DNA of 62,281 nucleotides from a virus (Duplodnaviria > Caudoviricetes): the IMG/VR virus record IMGVR_UViG_3300044627_002262, positions 1-62,281 of that record. One strand, given 5' to 3'. The position numbers and the translations under genes were made by a program. Positions 20,101 through 27,398 of this stretch are shown in pieces; within the stretch, counting starts at the first letter, position 1, and each line of letters opens with the position of its first letter. The notes under the pieces were generated by a model. It was not told where the DNA came from, ran no database searches, and saw only the letters and a list, made by a program, of their open reading frames with translations.

Positions 20101-21602
20101 TTTTCTGCCATCGTCGTGCGAGGATCAATCAGTCCACCAATTCGCTCGTACGATCTCGTCCCTGCCAGACTGCCAATGCCAAATCCTGTTCCAGCACTGA
20201 ATCCGAGGTCTTCTGCCGTCTCGATGTCTGGCAGACCCATTACGACATTCATCGCGGCAGCATTAATGCCCGGTTGAATCAACGCATTCGATTGGCGAAT
20301 CGTCCAGTCGGCTAACTTTGCTCGCGCAACTCCACCTTTTCCTTGCGCCCCAAAAAGTTTTTTTGTCAGGTCACTGGAATCTATTGCTTGCCCTGCTCGC
20401 TCAACCATTCCCCTTCTTCCTGCCGTTCCGGCAATGTCAGCTTGCTTTGTGATGTCCTTGATCACCCTTGCAGTTGCAGAAACAGGTTTTGCAACGCTAA
20501 CAACGGGTAGGATTGCAGTGTTTACAGTACCTTTGATCCAAGTGTCTGGATCATTTATTGCGTACTCGCCAATTTTTTTTGCGCCAGTCTGAAGAAGTTC
20601 AGTTCCCTGAAGGACTTTGTTTGCGGCGTATTCAGTTCCTGCCGCAAGTTTGGAAGTGCCTTGCATTGCAAAGTCTCCTGCCTTGTTCATTACTGGAGCG
20701 GTTACTTTGGAAAGAGGCTTTAAAACTGCTCCGCTCAACCTGCCTCCACCGGGGATAGCCACAGGTGAAACAAACTCTCCCAGCGCAGAAATATTCTGGT
20801 TGATCTGGTCTTTAGTAAGACCCTGATCAAGCATGGTCTGGATATAGTCTTGCTTTACTTTTTCGACTTCTTCAGGAGACAATCCCATCTTCTTTGCCTC
20901 GTACTCAACATATCCCTGAATCAGCGGATTTTGAGAAAGAAGTGCGGCAACTCGGTCTGGATTTTGTTCTGTTTCTTGAGCTTCCAACTGACGCATGGTT
21001 TGTCTGTTTTGCCATGCTCGGAAGCGTTCTTCTTCACTTTTCCCAAACAATTTGTCAGTAGTAGCACTGCCAAACATTCCAAATCTAACAGCAGCATTTA
21101 CTGTTTCTTCAATATCTTTTGCTGCACCAATTCCAAGAGACCTAATTGCCTCTTCGCGTTCTTTAAATACTTTCTTTGCCTCTTCTGAATCTAAACGACC
21201 ATAGCCTCCAGAAAGTGCAAAAGCAGCAGGCTGAACAACTGCTTTGTTTGCTAACTCAACTGCGCCTGATGCAGTTTGCCCAATGATATCTGCTGCTGCT
21301 GGAATAAATGCTCCTACTGCACCAGATGCTTTGTCCGCAAGACTGCGTTCGTCTTCTGCTTTGAACAGTTTCCGTTGGAGTTTGTCAGATAACTTAACCC
21401 CTTCAGACTGCATCTTCTTGATTTCATCGATGCTTAAATCGTCTTCTAATTTAATGCCTTCTGGAACTTCTTTAAATGACTTGGGAGGTTCTAATACAGC
21501 ACCTTCTGGTATTTCTTTAAATGACTTGGGAGGTTCAGGTTCCAACCCGATAACTTTAACTCCTTCAGGTGGTTCTTTAAACGATTGTTGCGGTTCAGCC
21601 AT
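11151..21602 (-). CDS. Giant polyvalent (probably ejected internal virion) protein with zincin, LPD23-like, ART-PolyVal-like and HhH-GPD-like modules
   Basis: 3483 aa; HEVQH..DEILAE; AFHAS..FDKF..GWGLYFAE; FHGT..VMPVFLK..YAVFNPEQIKS; FGPKIGSF..TADLW..QAALW; last large gene of the structural block. Confidence 0.85.
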   Translation of the reverse strand: MAEPQQSFKEPPEGVKVIGLEPEPPKSFKEIPEGAVLEPPKSFKEVPEGIKLEDDLSIDEIKKMQSEGVKLSDKLQRKLFKAEDERSLADKASGAVGAFIPAAADIIGQTASGAVELANKAVVQPAAFALSGGYGRLDSEEAKKVFKEREEAIRSLGIGAAKDIEETVNAAVRFGMFGSATTDKLFGKSEEERFRAWQNRQTMRQLEAQETEQNPDRVAALLSQNPLIQGYVEYEAKKMGLSPEEVEKVKQDYIQTMLDQGLTKDQINQNISALGEFVSPVAIPGGGRLSGAVLKPLSKVTAPVMNKAGDFAMQGTSKLAAGTEYAANKVLQGTELLQTGAKKIGEYAINDPDTWIKGTVNTAILPVVSVAKPVSATARVIKDITKQADIAGTAGRRGMVERAGQAIDSSDLTKKLFGAQGKGGVARAKLADWTIRQSNALIQPGINAAAMNVVMGLPDIETAEDLGFSAGTGFGIGSLAGTRSYERIGGLIDPRTTMAEKITNLVTPDPAAYRRDEDADIKRFMAQASPEIQQNIADLSNIESRKAAIETSIASLEKKRDAQINPEDAAFDQKQIDGFLKQREALSKSTPETQAEATRQTALAFIDAYDLAQSTGGVAGLRGVKIAVLDPANADQFFRDLYGDSLKQAETTINLLTGIPSLTETDSQKLTEARQLLQKFQNDVEGAKSARGFALQEDNADPNSEGFVPPHLRRINQQGATAVINADLIKHMTSQGLNLRHTLQHEVQHAVQQFAEVNKMLAPLRGQLFDQKIKNDDGSVEVYQQGIYSDEDLDRYATQYAKMMSPSDNGASFYAQFGGEVEKMRAYIKDEILAETAAATGEYAGGTRASLDDVGRNVMDWFEVKTKSGRLKQLKETLRKNGILFDNAGGYSSVLGAQMSPETLAMVRQYQRGLKDFDGTMTVQQSRESDEPDIPLTKVLGSVALQNKYRHADFFEKEQIIKATAPDGSVTEIVVPAGAKIDPFVDVYRTQGGQLVDANGNVVTLGPEITFGSMPDGTTFETDTRIARKPDGSPIILTNREMKARARKRTEIIQNAIDSAKDDGSGIRLSDTGNGNYRGVMSPAQIEAFMALPNEVVSPNLKRMTKFFNELMARNDGTRVVMEYQASLLNGRYKALSPKIRDEVPIGFQLTKDGNFALTTISISRLYDKMQAWSDKKPENLQPWNGDTGAFWDSLIKLLDNHSRGEKGETGLHPDAYIAGKMKNKINDLFNAYNAETKESNPDRSTLPRARGKDNLDIVIRSRRLDRINNFSESPSQKLPINYGYLTTNYMPAVNPMAAPMTAEEVQNRFDGSVTATRVRRAMATGEIDALESELRQMDDLLPTESLQLVQGQDQMPRIQIVSMFDPENVASLEPEEIVSDIDAETEAELAILDAQDGTVPPQDIAKVLSSKLDQLYADGGRSPIIPALETELEKIYQQLESQAQDQAAATEEIVEAPETTEVDMMNSPQDLILAAVDNYNEGRVDNATQTLPEYIRSVVNEAGALQISPDITDEQIVAAANDVMQYRQSLKDRIQSGTRFENAVVAPAGLQYLPAFHASRADFDKFNLDFINSGNKEQVYGWGLYFAENRKEIDKFVPLQYQYKVDLDIDEDKILDWNSNIDSRLRDKVDDLKKNIEIDTAFPVRIDTVGDYYDALSEYIGNPKEASMQLKAMGFDGIKFTDRITQTKQKQIGLTAEQITSVPKTYNYVIFDDSKIKILYKGDKSLGPITQFMPAVAEAPSGERGFKSKLQTEIQRKFQGATATPEQLKAVITNPQNVKQEEVKWSGVLDAIDRLAGENNGKVPVVELMDYLRNEGQVKFEEVTLGEDASVKDIADTYRIKIEDQYGEAAFYDEFDDPLEFDELPFALQNAIDNASKLPAPKYAKYQLSGGENYREVVMAMPEKNRGIAESDIEDQAKMDAGKQWESWTPQERSQAMDKVRSRFNRAGEYTSSHFPNVHNYVAHMRLNERTDAEGNDGLFIEELQSDRHQAGREKGYLEDKSFEDLTNEQQARMEYLNNEAPTPLTPDLLTELNSLRNQARQARNTTLREGIPDAPFRKDWSLQLFKRALRDAVESGKQWIGWTVGDTQAERYDLSKQIDRIEYNEDKQGGRLTGEKGREMPIIQTGITPDKLADYIGKETAQKLLAQEKDKNGWRVLENADLKVGGEGMKGFYDQILPKEIGKYVGKMGGKVEKSEIETPKGKPTDYEDFNAYNKAPESKQTPIWRVNITPEMAKVVSAGQLQFMPAVSDAEYLNFAKNPEDNQSQLQKMVDEAAKRAGYNIKGFHGTRSQSPFNVFEPNSALGGAIFVATDINEASVFGKVMPVFLKAENVRKGIVRSYDEVRAIAKAKERGQDAIRVTDGMGAPINYAVFNPEQIKSADPVTYDGEGNVIPLSQRFQTTSLDIRFMPAGEGLPLSEATAPEQQQQVEKPLSMVVLPKKPTPVERTMQADAGDFSVVIGGKPGKYGFGYTTVADLTPTLELSQDRKKYLIEVLTPRNDELNKKRDALLDIGNLYWENIDIKNKEDKSQDDIQRSEEIADLLNEFMENPDRDFTLNDAAQVAEVDRLTRSINLMNRGMVPAPFKFPVDNREVPVPVEKPADIPQDASKEDKAKYAKDLAAYEAYVALVKKQEQDVSVGLKSLQGAVATLFKTKKFKEFIAEAAGLTGIQFDNILGTWKFEAEPSFVFSAPNMTWEQSQSVTKWLSVLMTQDAGIAWKPSIGLTEGAPSVYLVHDKKLTEEQILNAFKKAKEVGIDGLSVTVDGRGIKAANFDNIDKFEDKLIEIQKASNIKNINKTLVDSFYYDTTSDFTADDGSLKVPDWIKGESINEENTQDQQGGIPKAIQQDTRLARGFPILLRRGIDSVLIPYAKSLAGEGFTFDPDRFAERYGLGQEVADYIREQLYPTSGLSRSVTPILDGTEKFTVPESYYTKGGRLKTSVNDLMYALQKRSADDGFIQPGDYSTRAGQIVAETIVDEIQGHMERAAKNPEAPNAIGWYDTALKKMKQKYSEFFPFLNRGTPTYDADKEFIFDSVLGIASQGNNVFENGKMAARVQFLLESGKTLPEIKDELYGTFGGETRAIENNLLKLDELIKNNGIQALDKLFRKKMTVSEWNGYFKKNKNLWFKGKPLTVDGQADQMVTGFSVFGPKIGSFINNLHGDYTTLTADLWFTRTWNRILGNVFQHAPLKEANQYDTFRKSILEQYRSDSANSAGEKFEPLLKRINKDGEKEFFDYMNEPELDGISRDGLDKLLADPQKMLELATALEDRYRKGQYKAKSDLRRAAKNWVENRTDPVAAPRTDLERDFQQDVMEIAQKKLRRKGIDITIADMQAALWYNEKELFGLYGAQVSGSEPADYADAADNVDEIMAYASLFKVNRLVEVDGKKRTEIVRLLTPEEEVALTGVQNAKTPEEYVALLAARKKAEDDENAAEKKLEEAELKVAKFKRELATATDEKSKQKLQASLEKAKMTLSNLTGETKK

Positions 21603-21603
21603 T

Positions 21604-23379
21604 TTATTTGCTTAATTTAAATTCAGTTCCATCCCAAACATATTTATATCCATCTTTTACAAAAGAAGTAACACCTTTTTCATATTTAGGTTTTTCAGAT
21701 TGAATATTTTGAAATTTAGTTGGACTTTCAACATTCATTACTTCTTTTTTATCTGCTTCAAGACCAGAAATGAGTCTTGCTGTAGACTCTCTCATGGATT
21801 TTATGTTTTCTAAAAATGTAGCTTCATCCATGTCTGGATCAACTGATCCTTGAAGTGATGTAAGCATTTTTAATTCAGAATCCGATAATGCACCAAGAGA
21901 CCCTCCTTGATTTTTTAATGCAACCAATTCATCAAATCCAACAATTCCTTTTACTGTATCAAGTAAACTTCTTGTTGTCCTTGCGTCATTTGCAAAAAGA
22001 TTGTACTTCATAAGACCTGAAATACCTCCAGCACCAGCAAAAAGATATCCCGGTGCTATTTTTTCAATTTGTTCTAATGTCTTTTTAAGAACTTCTGCCT
22101 TTTTTATATTATTATCAAATGTTGCAATTTGTTGTTTGACAGGCATTTTAGGCTTATATACATATGTTTCCTTGCCATCAGCATCTCTTATTGATTCAGT
22201 AAAATATCCTTCTGGAGCAGTTTTTGCTGGAGGTGCTTCTTCAGAAACTTCAACTTCTACATAGTACAATTTGCTGCCTTTATCTCCTTTTACAGCATCA
22301 ATTTTTGCTTTAACTCCAAGTTTTTGTTGAAGAATTTTCTTTGCCATATTAGCTTCCGCTGGGCTTTTATATGGTCTTGCAGTCAATTGGTTTTCAATTT
22401 GGAATTTGTATTCAGCTTCACTTAATTGAACTGGTTGTGTAGGTTCAGGAGTTGCTGCAAGCGCAGGTTCTGCCTGTGGAAGCGCAGGCTCAACTGGAGG
22501 AGTTCCAGCAAGAGGTTTTTCTTCTGCTCCAGACACTGGCACAAGTTGACTTGTTTCACCAGAAAGCGTGATTTGTCCTACAGTCTCTGGAAGTGTGCCT
22601 TGTTGTCGAGGTGGTTGCAACCCTTCCAAACTATATCCTGCGATTTCTTGCACTGGCACAGGAGTAACTGCGCTAATGTCAGAAAATAAATTAGGTTCAG
22701 CAGGTGATGCTGCAACACTGCGATTTTTAAAAGCATCACGATAAGCAACAAAATTAGGATTTTCGCTTTGCCCAAAAATAGACTTTTGCGAAACGCCAGC
22801 AGGCGCAGCAGGAGCAGTTGTTGGAGTAGCAGGAGCGGCAGGCGCAGTTGTTGGAGTAGCGGGTGAAGTTGCTGGGACTTCTTCTATTTTTGTTTTAAAA
22901 TCTGGTAAATTTGAAAATTGACTAAAATCCATTTCAAAAGGTTCCAGTGGCGCATTTTCATCTACTTCAACAGCACTTTCATTTTTTGTTTTTGCTGCCG
23001 CAATTTGCTGCGTTAACAAATCACTTCTCTGCTGCTGATAAGCAGTTTCTGCTGCTGTTGGCGCGGCTTTAATTTTAGCAATCTCCATTGCTCGATCATG
23101 CTCTAATTTTGAATCTGCCGTTGCCTTTGCCTCTTGCGCCTTCGATGTCAATGCGCCAGTAACTCCACTCAATGCGGAGGTAACGCCTTTAACAATGCCT
23201 TCAGTCAGTGCCTGCCTGCCCTTCCAGAATCCCTCGGTAACAATCTCTGGATTTTGCTTTAGAAATTCCATAGGAGTGTTTGCGGCAAATCGCAAACCCT
23301 CCCCTCGACTTTGAATGGGATTGATACTTGCCAAGGCAGTCGATGCCTTGGGCGCATAAGAGAATGAAAAGGCAGTCAT
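21604..23379 (-). CDS. Putative ejection / internal virion protein
   Basis: 591 aa; Pro/Ala/Thr linker, GGSLGALSDSELKML, C-terminal DGYKYVWDG; directly upstream of the giant protein. Confidence 0.65.
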   Translation of the reverse strand: MTAFSFSYAPKASTALASINPIQSRGEGLRFAANTPMEFLKQNPEIVTEGFWKGRQALTEGIVKGVTSALSGVTGALTSKAQEAKATADSKLEHDRAMEIAKIKAAPTAAETAYQQQRSDLLTQQIAAAKTKNESAVEVDENAPLEPFEMDFSQFSNLPDFKTKIEEVPATSPATPTTAPAAPATPTTAPAAPAGVSQKSIFGQSENPNFVAYRDAFKNRSVAASPAEPNLFSDISAVTPVPVQEIAGYSLEGLQPPRQQGTLPETVGQITLSGETSQLVPVSGAEEKPLAGTPPVEPALPQAEPALAATPEPTQPVQLSEAEYKFQIENQLTARPYKSPAEANMAKKILQQKLGVKAKIDAVKGDKGSKLYYVEVEVSEEAPPAKTAPEGYFTESIRDADGKETYVYKPKMPVKQQIATFDNNIKKAEVLKKTLEQIEKIAPGYLFAGAGGISGLMKYNLFANDARTTRSLLDTVKGIVGFDELVALKNQGGSLGALSDSELKMLTSLQGSVDPDMDEATFLENIKSMRESTARLISGLEADKKEVMNVESPTKFQNIQSEKPKYEKGVTSFVKDGYKYVWDGTEFKLSK

Positions 23380-23387
23380 GGTAATGA

Positions 23388-23924
23388 TTAAGTTCCTCCG
23401 AATTGTAAACCTTGCGTGTTAGGCATCGTATAGCGGTTCTGCACGGCATTTGTGCCGCCAGAGTCCTGATTTAGTTTTTGAGCGATAGCAGCACCTGATG
23501 GAGCAATAGGAGCAGGCATTCCTGCACTTCCCATTGATGCCGCCTGCTGTTGCTTGGCAGCAGCAGGGTTAAATCCACTGGCTTGTGGTCGAGAATAATT
23601 CATCTGCCCACTTTGGATTGGCGTATTCAGTGTGGATTGCAATTTGTTGCTAACATCTTGCTGATTTTGCGTAGCGAGACTACGAGCATTAGCAGATTGA
23701 GTTGAAATGGCTTGCTGCCTTGCTGCCTCTTCTGCCGCTTTCCTTGCTGCTTCCTCTGCCGCTCGCTGCGCGGCAAGAGCGTCCGCTTGCTGTTTTGCGA
23801 ATGCCTGCGCCTGTGCGTCCTGTTGGCGTTGCATTTCTCGCATTTGGGCAGAATTGTCTGGAGCGGGAGTGCTTCCACCACCACCACCACCACTGCGACC
23901 TTTAGATTTTCCTTGTCCTCCCAT
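23388..23924 (-). CDS. Gln/Ala-rich MGG...FGGT protein (paralog C)
   Basis: Starts MGGQG, ends YTMPNTQGLQFGGT. Confidence 0.8.
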   Translation of the reverse strand: MGGQGKSKGRSGGGGGGSTPAPDNSAQMREMQRQQDAQAQAFAKQQADALAAQRAAEEAARKAAEEAARQQAISTQSANARSLATQNQQDVSNKLQSTLNTPIQSGQMNYSRPQASGFNPAAAKQQQAASMGSAGMPAPIAPSGAAIAQKLNQDSGGTNAVQNRYTMPNTQGLQFGGT

Positions 23925-23926
23925 AA

Positions 23927-24499
23927 TTATGATCCTCCAAATGTTAAACCAGTTGTATTTGGAACCAAATACTGATTTTTCTTTTGTTCACCTGTTTGTT
24001 TATTTACAGACGCAGCAGTTGTTGCTGCTGGATTAAGCCCGTAAATATTTGAAAGTGTATTACTTTGTGTTTGCGGCAATGTGCCAGATGCAGCACCAAG
24101 TTGAGTAAGCGCATTTTGCTTGGATTTAGCAAAATCATAGTCGCCAGTCATTGCTTCAGCACCAGTCGTAATGCTTTTATTATATGCTTTTGCGGCATTT
24201 TGATCAGCAAGTTCTTGCATTGTATTTTGACCAGTCAATTTTTGCTGCACATCTGACAAATTTTGCTGTGCTGCCTGCTGCGCCATTTGCGATTGCGACT
24301 GGATTGCTGCTTCCTGTGCTGCCTTTTCTGCTGCAACTCTCTGCCTGTCTGCTGCATCAATTTGAGCTTGCAACATAGATTGTTGCATAGCCATTTGTTG
24401 CTGGTTCATTTGCTGGTTCATTTGCATCATAGCAAGTTCTTGATTTTGCTGTGCTTGAACCTGTGCCTTGCTTGGCCCTTGTTGTCTTCCTCCACCCAT
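23927..24499 (-). CDS. Gln/Ala-rich MGG...FGGS protein (paralog B)
   Basis: Starts MGGGR, ends YLVPNTTGLTFGGS. Confidence 0.8.
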   Translation of the reverse strand: MGGGRQQGPSKAQVQAQQNQELAMMQMNQQMNQQQMAMQQSMLQAQIDAADRQRVAAEKAAQEAAIQSQSQMAQQAAQQNLSDVQQKLTGQNTMQELADQNAAKAYNKSITTGAEAMTGDYDFAKSKQNALTQLGAASGTLPQTQSNTLSNIYGLNPAATTAASVNKQTGEQKKNQYLVPNTTGLTFGGS

Positions 24500-24532
24500 A
24501 ATTAATATCCTTTCATTTTGTTTTATTTTTAA

Positions 24533-25018
24533 TTATTTTCCACCAAAAGTCAAACCACTTAAATTAGGCGACGAAAAGTTAGTTTGAACAGGAGGGTTGC
24601 TCTGTGCCATCATCGAATTAATATTAGCCTGTTGAGCAGCATTTGCTGATGCCAATGCATCTGTTTTTTGATTTAAAAATGCTTGATTCCCTTGTTGTTG
24701 CTGTGCAAGAAAATTATTCATCATACCAGAATTATTTGGTGCTTGGAATTGAGGCACATTAACTTTTGGCAATGAAGTGTATTTGGGAGGTGCGCTTTTA
24801 GCCAATCCAGAATCCATTGCCCAGTCGCGGATTTTCCCTCGGATTGCCCTTTGAATAGGGTCTCCAGAAAGCTCAATGGCTCGACCAAATCCACGCTTCT
24901 CTTCACCCATTAAATAAATTGGAGATTTGAATCCTGCTTTACCAGCAACTTTATGAACCTGATAAATCGGGTCAATTGCCTTAAATGTTTTTGTAAATGT
25001 TTTTCCTACTCCACCCAT
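24533..25018 (-). CDS. MGG...FGGK protein (paralog A)
   Basis: Start reassigned to MGGVGK (AAGGAG upstream); ends FSSPNLSGLTFGGK. Confidence 0.75.
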   Translation of the reverse strand: MGGVGKTFTKTFKAIDPIYQVHKVAGKAGFKSPIYLMGEEKRGFGRAIELSGDPIQRAIRGKIRDWAMDSGLAKSAPPKYTSLPKVNVPQFQAPNNSGMMNNFLAQQQQGNQAFLNQKTDALASANAAQQANINSMMAQSNPPVQTNFSSPNLSGLTFGGK

Positions 25019-25290
25019 AAATTCTCCTTTCTCCTCGCTTCTTTGCAAAGTTCTGAACCAACAACAAAATTAGCACATGATTTAGGTCGATTCGGATAGA
25101 CCATGCAACAAACAGTCTCGCCAACTTTTCCTTCCAAAGCGATGCATCTGTTGTTGTTTGTTTTCATTAGCGGGTAATCCTCTCGCTGCATTTCCACAGG
25201 GATGCCTGTTGCGTCTGAACGATCTCTTCGGAGAATCGGCCATGACCATTTAAAACAACAACACGCGCCACAGGTTTGACAGTCATACAT
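25006..25290 (-). CDS. YkgJ-family cysteine-cluster (Zn/Fe-S) protein
   Basis: CQTCGACC..RCIAL..CMVYPNRPKSC..C; start reassigned to MYDCQ. Confidence 0.85.
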   Translation of the reverse strand: MYDCQTCGACCCFKWSWPILRRDRSDATGIPVEMQREDYPLMKTNNNRCIALEGKVGETVCCMVYPNRPKSCANFVVGSELCKEARRKENLWVE

Positions 25291-26131
25291 TTTTCTTTTT
25301 AGTCCAATCCACGGGTCGGAATCCAAGATCGTTAATAACTATGTCCTCGTAAGGCGCAAGGTGCGAAACATTGGTTATTTTCGCCTTTAGTTTCGGGCAG
25401 TCTACATACTTGCCTTGGTGACGATCCACGCAATTGAAACAAACTGGGTAGAAGTCAGCATTAAGCGACTTATCAGAATTGTTTCCCCATCCTTTTTCGG
25501 TTTTGATGTAGCGTGTCTCGTCAGGTTCAATGCCAGAGTACTCAAGGTAGTCGTAAACATCTTTGTCAGTCCAGTCTCGGAGCAGGTATAGGCTAACTGG
25601 CGACCCGTCTGCATGACGAATGTGAGTAGTTACTGCTACCTCGCCTTTGATCAAGTCTGTGTCAGTGTTTTTTGTGCCAATGTAGACCGCATTCCACGGC
25701 CAATTAAATGTCCCTGTAGGACGCAATAGAAAGTCGTTAACGCCACACAGGAAGTCCTCGCCTTCTTTTGGTCGTTCTGTTCCCAACGACATGACCATAC
25801 ACTTTTCACCCCATTGAAAGTATTTGAGCATATCGAACCGCACCTTGCCAGTCTCGGTGTCAGGCCCATCAGTCAATGCTACTCGCATCGGTGGATACTC
25901 ATAGATTGCAAGTTTCCATTTTTTGATCAGTCGGTCTGAATAAGCGTAGCGTTCACGGAATTTAGGTTCGCGGAATTGAACGACAGGCAGTTCAATTCCT
26001 GCGCGGAATTTGAGTATATGAAGCAATGCCGTGGAGTCTTTGCCTCCAGACCAAAATACAACGCTCTTCGGCCAATTTGTAGCCCAGAGTCGCGCCATTT
26101 CAACTGTCTTATTCAGGAGTTCAATATTCAT
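25283..26131 (-). CDS. PAPS-reductase-family PP-loop protein
   Basis: WSGGKDS PP-loop, YIGTK..D, LRDWTDKDVYDYL, C-terminal CFNC..C. Confidence 0.85.
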   Translation of the reverse strand: MNIELLNKTVEMARLWATNWPKSVVFWSGGKDSTALLHILKFRAGIELPVVQFREPKFRERYAYSDRLIKKWKLAIYEYPPMRVALTDGPDTETGKVRFDMLKYFQWGEKCMVMSLGTERPKEGEDFLCGVNDFLLRPTGTFNWPWNAVYIGTKNTDTDLIKGEVAVTTHIRHADGSPVSLYLLRDWTDKDVYDYLEYSGIEPDETRYIKTEKGWGNNSDKSLNADFYPVCFNCVDRHQGKYVDCPKLKAKITNVSHLAPYEDIVINDLGFRPVDWTKKKNV

Positions 26132-26134
26132 CTA

Positions 26135-27007
26135 TTAAATCATAATTGCTGCTGCTGCGGCGATTCCCAGTGCTGCTCCACCTCCCGCAATGAGTTGCCC
26201 AGTCTGTGCCTGCTGCCCAGCAGATGCGGCAGCATTGGCGGCATTTTCCGAATTCGCATTTCCAAGGAGATTGTTAATCAGTTGTCCTTGGTATTGACGC
26301 AGGTTTGCCTGCTCTGCTTGATTTGCCGATAGGGTCTCTCCCATCATTTTGTTTACAAAATCGGCATACGATTGACCCATTCCAAAAACATTTTGGAGAT
26401 TCTGCTGTTGGAACGCATTCATGGTTCCAGTATTCGCGTCTCTTGTGGCTTGCTGTGCCGCTACTGCCGCGCCGGGATCAATACCTCCCATTGGAGCAGG
26501 AGTCGCTTGTAAAAATGCCTGCCGCTTCGCAATGTTGTCGAACATCATATTCCTGCCTGCTTCAGCAGTCTTGTCGAAGATGGCAGACCTGCCAATCGTG
26601 CTGGATGGATCAATCCCAGTTGATGCAACGGAAGTGATTCCACGCTCGCGAGCGAATCTGCTTAAAAAATCTTCCAAATTATTTGGATCAGTTGCTTCTG
26701 CAACTTGTTGGCTCAATCCCATTCGCATTTCAGCCGCAAATGGATCGGTTAGTTGTTCACCTTCCCGCGATCTTTGGATGTTGCCAAGTCCAAATTCATA
26801 TGCTTGCTGCGAAACCTCTGTAGGGTTGTATTCCAGCATCCTTGGAGGCATTTTTGATGCCAGCGAAATATTGTCGCGCTTCAAATCCAGTGCGCTTTCT
26901 CCTAACTTCATCGACGCACCCAAAATATCGTAAGTTGGTTGCGGATTTGGAGGAGGAATCATCCTCGATGTATTTAATGTTGTTGGTGCTGGTGCGCTTC
27001 CTCCCAT
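26135..27007 (-). CDS. Putative ejection/pilot protein (MGG start, hydrophobic C-terminus)
   Basis: MGGSAPAP; Gln/Ala-rich; ends LIAGGGAALGIAAAAAIMI; GGAG upstream. Confidence 0.7.
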   Translation of the reverse strand: MGGSAPAPTTLNTSRMIPPPNPQPTYDILGASMKLGESALDLKRDNISLASKMPPRMLEYNPTEVSQQAYEFGLGNIQRSREGEQLTDPFAAEMRMGLSQQVAEATDPNNLEDFLSRFARERGITSVASTGIDPSSTIGRSAIFDKTAEAGRNMMFDNIAKRQAFLQATPAPMGGIDPGAAVAAQQATRDANTGTMNAFQQQNLQNVFGMGQSYADFVNKMMGETLSANQAEQANLRQYQGQLINNLLGNANSENAANAAASAGQQAQTGQLIAGGGAALGIAAAAAIMI

Positions 27008-27017
27008 AGTAATCTCC

Positions 27018-27398
27018 TTAAAGGCTAAAAAGTTCTCGATGCATTCGTTTTAAACCAAGTTTTGACATGATTTCGTTTGTAAAATTAGTGCGTTCACTCT
27101 GGAGTGGAACTCCGATATACCCTGCTGCCCCAGACACTTGTGCATACACTTTGAGATCGTGCATACATTGAACTACATCTCTCGGAGTAGTGTGTTTTGG
27201 ATGGAAAGCAGGGTAAAGAACTGGAATGTAAACATGATCGGAATATCCGAATAGTTTTCCATCCTTATAATGCCCAATTACATTCACTTGTGGATGCTCA
27301 ACAACATGGTGATCGAATTCCTCGGCAAAATCAACAAGTTCAAGAAATTCCCCACTGTCTTTTGGAATCGTTTTATATTCTATATTACTAATTTTCAT
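27018..27398 (-). CDS. GNAT-like protein (position of T7 gp13 / P22 gp14)
   Basis: 126 aa; KDGKLFGY and MSKLGLKR; lies between tail and ejection-type genes. Confidence 0.5.
   Translation of the reverse strand: MKISNIEYKTIPKDSGEFLELVDFAEEFDHHVVEHPQVNVIGHYKDGKLFGYSDHVYIPVLYPAFHPKHTTPRDVVQCMHDLKVYAQVSGAAGYIGVPLQSERTNFTNEIMSKLGLKRMHRELFSL

Noticed and set aside
23388-24577. FGG tail explained only as a Shine-Dalgarno (GGAGGA) for the next gene
   Set aside because: Plausible for 23927 (8 nt before ATG), but paralog A uses GGT GGA far from the next start, and PN..GL.F is conserved with different codons
25283-26131. cysH as a sulfur-assimilation auxiliary metabolic gene
   Set aside because: The C-terminal ECGLH-type motif of true reductases is not visible, no other sulfur genes are present, and the gene is embedded among virion genes
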